Notes: generated by a model not told the origin, from the sequence alone. A stretch of DNA of 64,000 nucleotides from Gemmatimonadota bacterium (GCA_040389905.1 JAZJZK010000022.1:29774-93773), one strand, 5' to 3'; positions 50,001 through 59,993 are shown, counted from the stretch's first letter. Translations and numbers: made by a program.

Positions 50001-50411
50001 AATGGCTCGCGCGTGTGGGGGCGCCGCCCTCGCCAGGCGATTGTCGGGCCGAAGGTGATGATGATCAACTACCGCTCCGTCTCCGATGCCGAAGTCACGC
50101 CGGCAGGATTCAGGCAGTTGGGGCTCGGGCGCATCGTTGGAAACCCGACGTCCGCCCAGGTGATCGCCACCGGGAGCTACCCGCTGATCAATGGCGGCGC
50201 GATTCGTACGCCAGGCTCGCTCGTGGTCAGCTGGGATCCGACGAAGCCGAACAACTATGGGTTCGATCTCGAAAACTACGGTGTGCCGCCGGACGTGTGG
50301 ATCAAGAACTCGCCGGCCGACGAGGCCAAGGGAGTCGATCGCGAGCTCAAGGTGGCGATCGATGAAGCGATGCGGATGTTGAAGAACCCCGGCCCCAAAC
50401 CCATCCCGTAG
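47055..50411 (+). CDS. Tricorn protease homologue (S41)
   Basis: Signal peptide, PD40 repeats, ELSSSHT, PDZ region, DIRNNGGG, SVSDAE and ENYGVPPD. Confidence 0.93.
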   Translation: MSRSLRLSCAAAVLALAAGRPVIAQTPEPIKFARLPGVANDGRVAFTYQDDIWVVDADGSNPRRITSHLARDFSPRFSPDGKWIAFTSARNGNNDVYVVSSSGGEPRQLTWFGGNDDALYWTPDGKGIVMASARGAGAWGSPLYVQAVDGGIAKPLGMGIARAGMISQDGANIAFNRNLPSAWRKEYRGNAAATIAVMNVKSGEITEVTNTDIKQFKTMSNNVFPMWGADGMIYFATERDGPYNLWRMPAKGGAPQQVTNHREGGVFFPSISPDGKHIVYQNDFDLYTIDVPSGKPKKLTIAMSFDPKDNDISILAVQNRAEGFSISPTGDYMAVDYHGEIMIVPTESGVGEKTQVTNSAWRDQAEEYSPDGRKIAYISDESGDQEVWVYDIASATRKKLSKYPSEKGGITWAPNSQKLAYTADNRIFEVDVASGAPRELAHNEAGGFVVDQYSADGNWLLYSRSDDEQNADVYLYDIRAKKAINVTQSPWTERAAALTPDGKTVVFTSNRDGTSTQLYAVALTKIAEDPNDPLVRERIRRTTVAGGRGGRAGGAPAEDAAPSVDGASIRVDAEGIERRAVALTSGGTSVGSFFLSRDGRTVFFSIGGGGGGRGGGRGAAPGGADNSQNGLYSVGIDGRDRRRVAAGTFAGMQPTADRRFIYFRGQTANAGGGGGRGGGAPAEVGFPIERLAIGAGGGGAAAASGGAGGGRAGGAGDAVSFAFNVKVDRRKEWQQIFDESYRVMKYRYYDPKMHGKDWTAIKAKYEPLLKYAGTNEDVYDIANAAIGELSSSHTGVTGPPSTSLDRTYTTKYLGFELEPSGAQYRVSHVYRDGPADKDWIDIKKGDYVLAVDGQDIKAGDDYWKILSSTENDYVPVKVSRSADGANAKTFRIATAANLTNIKYEEWVANNRDSVDKATDGQIAYVHIRAMDQPSLDRFKNEIDRFWQKKGIIVDIRNNGGGNIDQELLDILERQPYQFWNSRNGSRVWGRRPRQAIVGPKVMMINYRSVSDAEVTPAGFRQLGLGRIVGNPTSAQVIATGSYPLINGGAIRTPGSLVVSWDPTKPNNYGFDLENYGVPPDVWIKNSPADEAKGVDRELKVAIDEAMRMLKNPGPKPIP

Positions 50412-50603
50412 CGTTGTCCGGAGGGGCGCGCATCCAGGTGCGCCCGTCTCCGCGAATTCCAGTCACCGAGTCCGTCTACAAGGACGGGACGGGGTCATGT
50501 CCACCAGAAGATGGCGGACACGGCCGGTATAGCGTATGATCGTGGCGCCCACCCATTCGTTTGTTCCCCGTACAAATTCGTTTGCCTTCACATGGTGAGT
50601 CCG

Positions 50604-53600
50604 ATGCGGCGACTTGCAGCGCTGGCGTTTTGCGCGCTCTTTCTCACACCCTCCGCCGCCAAGGCACAAGTTGTCTTGCTCCGAGAGGGATCGACACTAC
50701 GGGCACAGGTGGCGCCAAACGGGAAGATCGCCGTTCCCGTCGTGGTCGACTTGTCGAACGGTGCGGGTACCAACGTCAGCGCACTGACTCTCTCCCTGAA
50801 CTGGGCGACGAGTCGTCTCACGTTCGACTCGGTGAAGACGGGAGGCTTCGGCTCTCTTACATCGAATACGTCGGGGGCGTCCACCGGCTCCCTCGCGCTG
50901 TCGATGTTCGATGCCAGCGGCACGACGTCGACATTCACAATGGCGACGGTGTACTTCACCGCGTCCGCGACGCCCGGCGGAGCGCGCGTCACCATGAATC
51001 CAACCGTCGCGGGCAATGACGTTGGCACCAGTATCCTGTCACTCTTCCGGCTCCAGGATCTCGACGTCTGCGTGGCGACCAGCGGTCTCTACGGCGACTC
51101 CAACGGCGACGCTAACGTCAACATCATCGACGCACAGCAGATCGCCCGGTTCAGTGTGGGACTCTCGGTGGCGAACAGCACGGCGCTGAACGCGAACGGA
51201 GACGTAACGGCTGACGGCAATATCAACATCATCGACGCACAACAAATCGCGCGATACAGCGTGTCGCTTTCTGCGGCCGCCCGCGTGAATACCACGTACT
51301 TCACCGCCGCTGCCCTGAATGCGCTGGCCATGAGTCAGGGCACGGGCACGGTCAGCATCGGCGGCACGCTCCAGCTCACGGCGCTGCTGACGGACGCTTC
51401 GAATAACTCCCTCGCCGGGTGTTATCCAGTGACGTGGAGTTCGCTGCAGCCAACCTTCGCGAGCGTCGATTCCACCGGACGCGTGGTGGGCAACAACACC
51501 GGCTCGGCGACCATTACCGCCGGCGCCGGCGGAAAGAGCGCGACCGCCACGATCACGATTGGCAACGTCTCGGGACCACCGGCGTCGATTGCCATGGCGC
51601 AGGGCGATCAGCAGTGGTCGTACGCGAGCAACTCCGTACCGGTGCTGCCGCAAGTGCTCGTGAAGGATGCATCGCAGAATCCCGTCCCGAATGTCGCGGT
51701 GACGTTCACCGCGAGCGCCGGCACGTTCAATGGAGGCGCGCCGCTGATCGTCAACACGGACGCCAACGGACTCGCCTCTGCCTCGAATTGGGTTGCTCCA
51801 GCGACCGGCGCGACCGCCATCATGACCGCGTCCATCGCGGGTGGTTTGTCAGCAACGGCGACGGCAAACATCCTGGCGGCGGCGAGTGCGCAAACCACGT
51901 GCATCTACGACGGTTGGAGCTCGCGCTGCTGGGGAGTCGGCACTCGCGGCCAGCTGGGCAACGGCGCCAACACGTCCAGCGCGAGTCCTGGCGCGGTTTC
52001 TGTTGGCGCAACCGGGATGAAGGTCGCCACCAAGACGGCGTGGGGCGATCACTTCTGCGGTCTCAATAGCTCTGGCGCGGCCTATTGCTGGGGCTGGAAC
52101 ACGGCGGGCCAGCTCGGCGACGGCACCCGGACGGATCGCAATGTCCCGACGCTGGTGAGCGGTAGCCTGACCTTCCGGAGCCTCGCAACCGGATCGCAGC
52201 ACACGTGCGGTGTCACGCTCGCCGGCGAGGTCTATTGCTGGGGTGTGAGCACGCTGGGCCAACTCGGCGACGGAAGCCTGGGTGCCCAGCGGCTGGTCCC
52301 AACGAAGGCGAATACACCGGCGGGCATCGTGTTTACGCAGGTGGCCACTGGTAACAATCATACCTGCGCCGCGACGGCGGCGGGCGACGTGTACTGCTGG
52401 GGCGTCAACAACAATGGACAGCTTGGCGACGGCACGATCTCGACGACGCCACGCCCAACCCCGGCGCTGATCACCGGCGGCCTCAAATACCCGATTATCT
52501 CGGCGTCGCCGAGCGGGACGTGCGGACTGACGTCTGCGGGTGCGGCGTACTGCTGGGGCGGAAACGGCAGCGGCCAACTCGGGAACGGGACGTTCGTGAA
52601 CAGTGCGACGCCAGTTGCCGTGCAGGGTGGACTCGTCTTCAGCAACATCACGTCGGGCAACGGCCGCGCGTGCGGAGAGCGCGGCTCGCTTGGCGAGGAG
52701 TACACGGTGTGGTGCTGGGGCTTCAACGGCGGCGCGCTCGGTGATGGAACGAGCGTCAACCGGCCGAGCCCAACGCTCATTGGGCCAAGCATGCAGCAGC
52801 TCTTCCATGGTGGCACTTCAAGCCCGAATTACGCGTGTGGTGTGCAGCCTGGTGGTGGTCAAATATTCTGCTGGGGTGCCAATGCCAGTGGGCAACTCGG
52901 CTTTGGGAGCACGAGCACCACAGCCCAGAGCTCACCAGACTTGGTTGCCCGCGCCGGTGCGACCGCGGGTGCCCCATCGGCGATGGGGCCAGGTGACAGT
53001 GGGCAATCGCAGAGTGCGGCGGCATCCACGGCGCTTCCCGTGGCTCCCATTGTGCTCGTGGGAGACGGTCTCGGAAACTTGCTCCCCAACGTCACGGTGA
53101 CGTGGACGGTTCTGTCGGGTGGAGGAAGTGTCACCAACCCAACGTCGCAGACGGGCGCGGACGGCACGGCGACCAGCGGCGGATGGACGCTCGGTCCGAC
53201 GCTCGGAATGCAGAAGATGCAGGCCACGGTGTCCGGCATCATCGTCAATGGCAGCCCTGCTCCGCCGCTCCGGCAGACGTTCATCGCGTATGCGACAAAC
53301 GCACCCGCGCTTGCAGTGAAAATTTCCGGCGACAGCGCCTGGAACTCGACCAATACGCAGGCCAACAACCACATCATTCCAATGGTGGTCAAGGTCACGG
53401 ACGGTTCGAGCAACCCCATTGCCAACGTCACGGTGACATTTGCCCTCGGCGCAAACAGTGGAAGCCTCGGCGCGTCATCGGAGGCAACCATCCTTACAGA
53501 CGCGGCCGGACTCGCCACATTGCCCGCGAATGAGTGGATTCCGACGACGTCCGGAACGAGCACACTGACCGCGACCGTCGCGGGTATTGCCACGCCGCTC

Positions 53601-56600
53601 GTGTTTACACACTTCACGGCCACGACGTCTGCCAGCTTCGGGTTGGCGTCGTGCGAACTCACCAACGCCGGCGCGGCGATGTGCGCTGGGTTGAACGCGA
53701 ATGGGACCGTCGGCGATGGGACGAACACAAACAGATCGACGTTTGTCCCGGTGAGCGGAGGTTTGGTGTTCACGTCGCTTGCTGAAGGTGTTGGCAGCCA
53801 CAAGTGCGCGCTCGTGGGTACCACCGCGTATTGCTGGGGCTACAACGGGCTTGGCCAGCTTGGCGATGGTTCGTTCGTTGATCGCAACGTGCCGACGGCA
53901 GTGTTGGGAGGGCTGGCGTTCTCGAAGCTCTACACGCAGGGAATGACTACGTGCGGGCTTACGACATCGTCATTGCTGTACTGCTGGGGCTGGTCGGGGA
54001 CGGCCGGCTGGGGTATCGGTGAAGCGCAACGCGGTCGCCGGTTCAATGTGCCTACGCTCGTGAATACCGAGGGCAACACGTTCACGAAGATCGCTGTCAT
54101 GGACGATGCCGTGTGCGGGTTGACTGGAGCGGGTGCCATCAAGTGCCGCGGCCGTGCCCTCGCAAATGGCGACGGCACATCCGACCAGCGCGTGACGTTC
54201 TCGACGTGGTCGGGCGGGCCGTGGAGCGACGTCAGCACGGGTAACAACAGCATGTGCTCGCTCGACATCACCGGACTCGCCTTCTGTCTTGGCTCGGATC
54301 AAGGCGGCGCGCTCGGCATCGGCACGGGCGGAGTCGGTTCTCGCACGGTGCCGACGCAGACACTGGGCGGCACCACGTTCGCCAGCATTCACGTGCAGAA
54401 CTTCAGGGCCTGCGCGCGGCGCGCCAATGGAGAGCTTTGGTGCTGGGGACTGAACAACGGCACAGGCACGTCAGCGGTCGTCGACCGCCCGACGCTCGTT
54501 CCTGGCATCACGGTCACATCGGTACGGCAGGAGACCTTCCGGAACGCCTGCGCGAAGGTGGCGAATGGGCAACTCTACTGCTGGGGCCCGAACGTCGTCG
54601 GATCGACTGGGGTCGTGGGTGACGGAACGGGAATCGATCGCCTGTCACCGGTCGCCGTGGTTGGTTGGCCGGATGGGCCGGCCGCCGGCACGGCTGCGGC
54701 GATTTACGTGGGACAATCCGCGTACACGGGCATTGTTGGCGCCGCCGTGTCCCCGCTGCCGTCGGTGACGGTCAAGGACCGGCTCGGAAATGCGGTCGCG
54801 GGAGCGAGCGTGACATTCAATGCGCCGGCCGGCAGCGGTACCGTCACGGGCGGAACCGTTGTAACGAACGCGAGCGGTGTGGCGACGGTTGGGAGTTGGA
54901 CACTACCGTCGACCACGGGTACGGCGCGGCTGGATGTGACCACTACCGGTGTGCCACAGGCATCCTTTGTCGCAACCGTTTCTGCCGCGCCAAATACGAT
55001 TACCATCACGGCAGGCAACAATCAGTACATGCCGGACTTCAGCACGAACGCGCAGGCCGCCAGTGTCACGGTGCTCGATGCGAGCAACGTACCGCTCGCC
55101 AATGTCGGCGTTACGTTTGCGGTCGCTGCTGGAAACGGGACGATCTCCGGCGGCTCGTCGATTGTCGTCGCAACGAATGCCTCAGGTGTGGCGACTGCCA
55201 ACGGCATCTGGTCCGTCCCATTGGCGACCGGGACTGCGTATGCGATGACCGCGACGGCGCCCGGACTGCCTGCGGTCACCTTTACCGCGCGGCGTCTCGC
55301 GTTCAACAACAACTCGCCAAACAACCCCAACTCCACACAGTGCCGGCTTACGGTTGCAAAGGCCGCCTACTGCTGGGGTGGAAACACGACGGGCGCCGTG
55401 GGTGATGGCTCGGTCACCGGTCGCAATGCACCAGTGGCGGTATCTGGCGGCTTGACGCTCGATTCGCTCGCGAGGGGACCGTTCAACTTCCACAACTGCG
55501 GGCTGACGTCCGCAGGCCAGGCGTACTGCTGGGGTGCCAACGACGCCGGCCAACTTGGCAACAACTCACAAACCAACAGCCCCGTTCCGGTGGCCGTCGC
55601 TGGAGGTTTGACGTTTGTGTCCCTGGCGACTGGTCAACTCTCTACGTGCGGCGTCACCTTCACTGGCGCGATGTACTGCTGGGGTTGGGGAGGATACAGC
55701 CACCGCGGCGACGGCGAGCTGTACACCATACGGCTCGTGCCAACGCTCGTGAATACCGGCGGCCGTATCTTCGTCAACATCAGTATTGGCACGCGCGCAA
55801 TCTGCGCGCTGGACGTCTCCGGTCAGGCGTTCTGCTGGGGCGAGAACTTCACCGGACACCTCGGGAACGGCAACACGACGAGTTCTACGGTGCCCGTTGC
55901 GACGAACACGGCGCTTCGGTTCAAGAGTCTCACCGCAGGGTTCGATCACACGTGCGGTTTGACATTGAGCAATACCGTTGCGTGTTGGGGCGGCAACTAC
56001 AACGGACAGATCGGTAACGGCAACCTCGTCAACCAGTTCTCGCCGACGGTCGTCAGCGGGCTGACCGGTGTGCAAGAGGTCCGCTCCGGCGAGTCGCACG
56101 TCTGTGCGCGGACGAGCACGAGTGTCTACTGCTGGGGCTACAACGGCGGCGGGAATGTTGGGGACGGAACGACGACGAGTCCTCGCTCGACACCCGTGCA
56201 GGTCGCATTGGGCATCACGCCCGTCTCACTCGCGACGTTCTCGCGCGGTCTTTCCTGCGTGTCCACGAGCACGCAGTTGTACTGCTGGGGAAGCAGTCCC
56301 TTCGGCGTCGGCGATGGAACGGGATCCTCACGCACAGCGCCAACGGCGGTCATTTGGCCGGACGCACCTACCTCTGCCGCCGCAACGACGATACCGACCA
56401 CGCCATTTACCATCACCGCAGCGGCGGGAGAGCTGCAAACGGTCCTTGTCCAGGTGAAGAACGCGGCCGGCACGCTGATGCCCAATGTGACGGTCAACTT
56501 CGTGGTCACATCGGGAGGAGGGGAGGTCACCGCTGGAACCGCGATTACGTCTCCGTCAGGAATAACCAGCACCGCATGGAAGCTCGCTGGCGCCGTTGGA

Positions 56601-59600
56601 ACCGTGGGGACGCTCGAAATTCGCGTGACGGGAATCCCGACGGTCATTATCACTGGCACCGTGGTCGCTTCGGCGGGCTCTATTTCGATCACGGGCGGAA
56701 ACGGCCAGTGGCTCCCGGACTTCTTCGGAGTCGGCACCTCGCCGACCGTCACGGTTCTCGATGCGAGCAGTGCACCGAGTGCTGGTACGACCGTCAACTG
56801 GCTTCCCCTGGCTGGAACGGTTTCCAATTTTGCGACGAACACGAACGCGAGCGGCGTGGCCACGTTGCCGAGCTGGACGACGCCGACCGCGATCGGCACG
56901 GCGTACACACTTCAGGCGAGCGCCACGGGTCTTCCTCCTGTGACGTTCACGACGCGACGCTTTTCGTGGGGTAACAATGGCGCAAGCAATCCCACGTCGA
57001 GCTTCTGCCGCCTGAATTCGTCCGGTGCGGCGCTCTGCTGGGGAGGCAACGCCCAGGGCCAGGTTGGTGATGGAACCAACACCAATCGGACAGTACCGAC
57101 GGCGGTGTCCGGCGGGTTGACCTTCACGTCGCTCGCCAAGGGCGGCTTCGGTCTGCACAACTGCGGACTGACAGCGGGAGGACAGGCGTACTGCTGGGGC
57201 ACCAATGAAGTGGGCCAGTTGGGTAACAACTCCCAGACCAACAGCAACGTGCCGGTACTGGTGTCTGGCGGCCTCACCTTTTCCCATTTGGCGACGGGAG
57301 GCGCTTCCACGTGCGGCCTGAGTGGCGGCGCGATGTATTGCTGGGGCTGGGGGAACTGGAGCTTCCGCGGCGACGGTGAGATCTACACCAACCGCTTGGT
57401 GCCGACCGCGGTGGCGACCGGGGGAAAGACCTTCGTCAGCATTGCAGTCGGTTTACGCGTGATCTGCGCGCTCGATGCCTCCGGCCAGGCGTACTGCTGG
57501 GGTGAGAATTACGCTGGCCAGCTTGGCACGGGCAACTTCACGTATTCCACGACGCCAGTCGCCACATCCACGAGTCTCCGCTTCACGAGCCTGTCGGCTG
57601 GCCACGATCAGGTGTGCGGCTTGACGACCACGAACACTGTGGCGTGCTGGGGCGCGAATGGTTCCGGGACGACCGGCAACGGCACAACCACGAATCAGAC
57701 GACGCCGCTCGAGGTGGCCGGAATTACCGGGGCACTCGAAGTGCGCGGCGGCGAGACGTTCTACTGCGCCAGAACAAGCACGAAGGTCTACTGCTGGGGA
57801 AACAACGGCTCGGGTCAGATAGGCGACGGGACCTTCACCAACAAGTTGTCGCCTGTCGTCGCAATGACGGGTGTCGCCGCGTCGTCATTGCTGTCCTTCT
57901 CCAAGGGCGCGTCATGCGCCACCGCATCGTCGCAGATGTACTGCTGGGGCGGCGGACCGGGTGGTATCGGCGACGGCACCGGTTCGAATCGCACCGTCCC
58001 GACGGCCATCCAATGGCCCGAAGCGCCGGCGTCCGACGTGGCGACCACATCACCCATCACACCGAGTACGATCACCGGCGCCGCGGCGGTCGCGCAGACC
58101 GTCACGGTCCAGCTGAAGGGCAACCTCGGAGCACTCAAGGCCGGCGTCGGCGTCACATTCGTTGTGACGTCTGGCGGCGGATCAGTGCCCGGAGGCACGG
58201 TTACCACCGATGCCAACGGATACGCGAGTACGACGTGGACGCTCGCCGGCGCCATCGGTACGGTCGGCACGCTGGAGGCGCGAGTGACCGGAGTTCCCAG
58301 CCTCGTCTTTACCGGGACGGTCGTGGCGGGCGCCGGCTCGATCACGATTACGGGTGGAAACAATCAGTACAATGCGGACTTCGCCACGTTCACACTACCG
58401 CTGTCGGTCACGGTACTCGACGGGAGCAACGCTCCGATGGTCGGCACGACGGTCACATGGACGGTCACGGCAGGTAATGGCACGATTGGCACGACCGCTG
58501 TGAACACAGCCACAGGCGGGATCGCGACTCTGGGGTCATGGAGTCCACCGACGGCCATTGGAACAGCATACACACTGCAAGCGAGTGTACCCGGCCTTGC
58601 GCCAGTGACCTTCACGACGCGGCGGTTTGCATGGTCCAACAATGGCGCCAGCAACCCGACCAATGCGATGTGCCGCCTATCGGCCGGTGCCGCGTATTGC
58701 TGGGGCGGAAACACCCTCGGGGCGGTCGGTGATGGCTCTTTCACGAGCCGGACGGCCCCGACACTTGTCAGCGGAGGCATCACCTTCGCGTCATTGGCGA
58801 AGGGCGGTTGGGGCGCGCACAACTGCGGACTGACGGCAGCCGGACAGGCGTACTGTTGGGGAAGCAACGAAATGGGGCAGCTCGGAAACAATTCGCTCGC
58901 CAACAGCAATGTGCCGGTGCTTGTCTCGGGCGGATTGGCGTTCGCCCACCTGACGACGGGTCCGGTGTACACCTGCGGCATCACCACCGGAGGCGCGACA
59001 TACTGCTGGGGCTGGGGTGGATCGAGCCTGCGCGGCGACAACGAGTTGTATACGATTCGCACGGTGCCGACCCTCGTGAACACGGGTGGCCGTACCTTCG
59101 TCAGTCTCGCTGCGGGATTGCGCTCGCTCTGCGGGCTCGACGTGTCGGGTCAGGCGTTTTGCTGGGGCGAGGGCGGTGGGGGTCAACTTGGCACCGGCAC
59201 CACGAGCAGTTCAACGACTCCGGTCGCGACGTCCACTGCCCTTCGCTTCACGAGCCTGACGGCGGGCTTCGATCACACCTGCGGGCACTCAACGACCAAC
59301 ACCGTGGCGTGCTGGGGGTACAACGGGAATGGCGTCGTTGGAAATGGCACCACGATCAACCAGACCACACCGTTCGAAGTCGCGGTTTCTGGAGCGCTCG
59401 AGGTACGCGCAGGTGAACTGCACAATTGTGCCCGCACCAGCAGCAGCGTGTACTGCTGGGGCATCAACAGCTCTGGCCAGGTTGGCGATGGGACGACGAC
59501 GGGACCGCGCACTTCTCCCGTGCTCGTCGCATCGGGCCTGACGGCGACATCGCTGCTGTCGTTCGCAAAGAATATCTCGTGCGCGGCGAACAGTACGCAG

Positions 59601-59993
59601 ATGTACTGCTGGGGCAATTCATCGGGCGGTGTCGGTGATGGGACATTTACCCTGCGCTCAGTCGCGACCGCGGTTCGCTGGCCGGAGGCGCCGGAGTTCG
59701 ATGCGGCAATGACGGTCGCGATTACCCCGGTAACCATCTCGGCGGCCGCTGGCGCTCCGCAGACCGTTACCGTGCAGGTGCGCACCGCTCTCGGCGTGCC
59801 GTTAGTCGGCGTGAACCTCAGCTTCGTCGTTACGAGCGGAGGAGGGAGTAGTACCGTCACAAGTGTCCAGACCGGCGCGGGGGGAAACGCCAGTACGTCA
59901 TGGACGTTGGCCGGCGGCTCAGGCACCGTCGGGAAACTCGAGGCGCGTGTCAACGGGATTCCGACGCTGGTGATCACGGGGACGGTGCCTTAA
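50604..59993 (+). CDS. Giant secreted protein: cohesin, dockerin, Ig-like domains and five RCC1/BLIP-II-like beta-propellers
   Basis: Signal peptide, two GDxxxDxxxNIIDA repeats, VTWSS...ASVDSTG.V (Big_2-like), many CWGxNxxGQLGxG repeats and VTF/TxAxGxA Ig modules; start at ATG 50592 or 50604. Confidence 0.9.
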   Translation: MRRLAALAFCALFLTPSAAKAQVVLLREGSTLRAQVAPNGKIAVPVVVDLSNGAGTNVSALTLSLNWATSRLTFDSVKTGGFGSLTSNTSGASTGSLALSMFDASGTTSTFTMATVYFTASATPGGARVTMNPTVAGNDVGTSILSLFRLQDLDVCVATSGLYGDSNGDANVNIIDAQQIARFSVGLSVANSTALNANGDVTADGNINIIDAQQIARYSVSLSAAARVNTTYFTAAALNALAMSQGTGTVSIGGTLQLTALLTDASNNSLAGCYPVTWSSLQPTFASVDSTGRVVGNNTGSATITAGAGGKSATATITIGNVSGPPASIAMAQGDQQWSYASNSVPVLPQVLVKDASQNPVPNVAVTFTASAGTFNGGAPLIVNTDANGLASASNWVAPATGATAIMTASIAGGLSATATANILAAASAQTTCIYDGWSSRCWGVGTRGQLGNGANTSSASPGAVSVGATGMKVATKTAWGDHFCGLNSSGAAYCWGWNTAGQLGDGTRTDRNVPTLVSGSLTFRSLATGSQHTCGVTLAGEVYCWGVSTLGQLGDGSLGAQRLVPTKANTPAGIVFTQVATGNNHTCAATAAGDVYCWGVNNNGQLGDGTISTTPRPTPALITGGLKYPIISASPSGTCGLTSAGAAYCWGGNGSGQLGNGTFVNSATPVAVQGGLVFSNITSGNGRACGERGSLGEEYTVWCWGFNGGALGDGTSVNRPSPTLIGPSMQQLFHGGTSSPNYACGVQPGGGQIFCWGANASGQLGFGSTSTTAQSSPDLVARAGATAGAPSAMGPGDSGQSQSAAASTALPVAPIVLVGDGLGNLLPNVTVTWTVLSGGGSVTNPTSQTGADGTATSGGWTLGPTLGMQKMQATVSGIIVNGSPAPPLRQTFIAYATNAPALAVKISGDSAWNSTNTQANNHIIPMVVKVTDGSSNPIANVTVTFALGANSGSLGASSEATILTDAAGLATLPANEWIPTTSGTSTLTATVAGIATPLVFTHFTATTSASFGLASCELTNAGAAMCAGLNANGTVGDGTNTNRSTFVPVSGGLVFTSLAEGVGSHKCALVGTTAYCWGYNGLGQLGDGSFVDRNVPTAVLGGLAFSKLYTQGMTTCGLTTSSLLYCWGWSGTAGWGIGEAQRGRRFNVPTLVNTEGNTFTKIAVMDDAVCGLTGAGAIKCRGRALANGDGTSDQRVTFSTWSGGPWSDVSTGNNSMCSLDITGLAFCLGSDQGGALGIGTGGVGSRTVPTQTLGGTTFASIHVQNFRACARRANGELWCWGLNNGTGTSAVVDRPTLVPGITVTSVRQETFRNACAKVANGQLYCWGPNVVGSTGVVGDGTGIDRLSPVAVVGWPDGPAAGTAAAIYVGQSAYTGIVGAAVSPLPSVTVKDRLGNAVAGASVTFNAPAGSGTVTGGTVVTNASGVATVGSWTLPSTTGTARLDVTTTGVPQASFVATVSAAPNTITITAGNNQYMPDFSTNAQAASVTVLDASNVPLANVGVTFAVAAGNGTISGGSSIVVATNASGVATANGIWSVPLATGTAYAMTATAPGLPAVTFTARRLAFNNNSPNNPNSTQCRLTVAKAAYCWGGNTTGAVGDGSVTGRNAPVAVSGGLTLDSLARGPFNFHNCGLTSAGQAYCWGANDAGQLGNNSQTNSPVPVAVAGGLTFVSLATGQLSTCGVTFTGAMYCWGWGGYSHRGDGELYTIRLVPTLVNTGGRIFVNISIGTRAICALDVSGQAFCWGENFTGHLGNGNTTSSTVPVATNTALRFKSLTAGFDHTCGLTLSNTVACWGGNYNGQIGNGNLVNQFSPTVVSGLTGVQEVRSGESHVCARTSTSVYCWGYNGGGNVGDGTTTSPRSTPVQVALGITPVSLATFSRGLSCVSTSTQLYCWGSSPFGVGDGTGSSRTAPTAVIWPDAPTSAAATTIPTTPFTITAAAGELQTVLVQVKNAAGTLMPNVTVNFVVTSGGGEVTAGTAITSPSGITSTAWKLAGAVGTVGTLEIRVTGIPTVIITGTVVASAGSISITGGNGQWLPDFFGVGTSPTVTVLDASSAPSAGTTVNWLPLAGTVSNFATNTNASGVATLPSWTTPTAIGTAYTLQASATGLPPVTFTTRRFSWGNNGASNPTSSFCRLNSSGAALCWGGNAQGQVGDGTNTNRTVPTAVSGGLTFTSLAKGGFGLHNCGLTAGGQAYCWGTNEVGQLGNNSQTNSNVPVLVSGGLTFSHLATGGASTCGLSGGAMYCWGWGNWSFRGDGEIYTNRLVPTAVATGGKTFVSIAVGLRVICALDASGQAYCWGENYAGQLGTGNFTYSTTPVATSTSLRFTSLSAGHDQVCGLTTTNTVACWGANGSGTTGNGTTTNQTTPLEVAGITGALEVRGGETFYCARTSTKVYCWGNNGSGQIGDGTFTNKLSPVVAMTGVAASSLLSFSKGASCATASSQMYCWGGGPGGIGDGTGSNRTVPTAIQWPEAPASDVATTSPITPSTITGAAAVAQTVTVQLKGNLGALKAGVGVTFVVTSGGGSVPGGTVTTDANGYASTTWTLAGAIGTVGTLEARVTGVPSLVFTGTVVAGAGSITITGGNNQYNADFATFTLPLSVTVLDGSNAPMVGTTVTWTVTAGNGTIGTTAVNTATGGIATLGSWSPPTAIGTAYTLQASVPGLAPVTFTTRRFAWSNNGASNPTNAMCRLSAGAAYCWGGNTLGAVGDGSFTSRTAPTLVSGGITFASLAKGGWGAHNCGLTAAGQAYCWGSNEMGQLGNNSLANSNVPVLVSGGLAFAHLTTGPVYTCGITTGGATYCWGWGGSSLRGDNELYTIRTVPTLVNTGGRTFVSLAAGLRSLCGLDVSGQAFCWGEGGGGQLGTGTTSSSTTPVATSTALRFTSLTAGFDHTCGHSTTNTVACWGYNGNGVVGNGTTINQTTPFEVAVSGALEVRAGELHNCARTSSSVYCWGINSSGQVGDGTTTGPRTSPVLVASGLTATSLLSFAKNISCAANSTQMYCWGNSSGGVGDGTFTLRSVATAVRWPEAPEFDAAMTVAITPVTISAAAGAPQTVTVQVRTALGVPLVGVNLSFVVTSGGGSSTVTSVQTGAGGNASTSWTLAGGSGTVGKLEARVNGIPTLVITGTVP

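Noticed and set aside
50460..50590. Possible riboswitch upstream of the giant protein
   Set aside because: Only short hairpins are visible, with no aptamer consensus I can recognise; an Rfam/Infernal scan would be needed.
54990..59993. Repeated units of the giant protein as a diversity-generating retroelement TR/VR pair
   Set aside because: All copies are in-frame coding, differences are not adenine-specific by eye, and there is no reverse transcriptase in the window.
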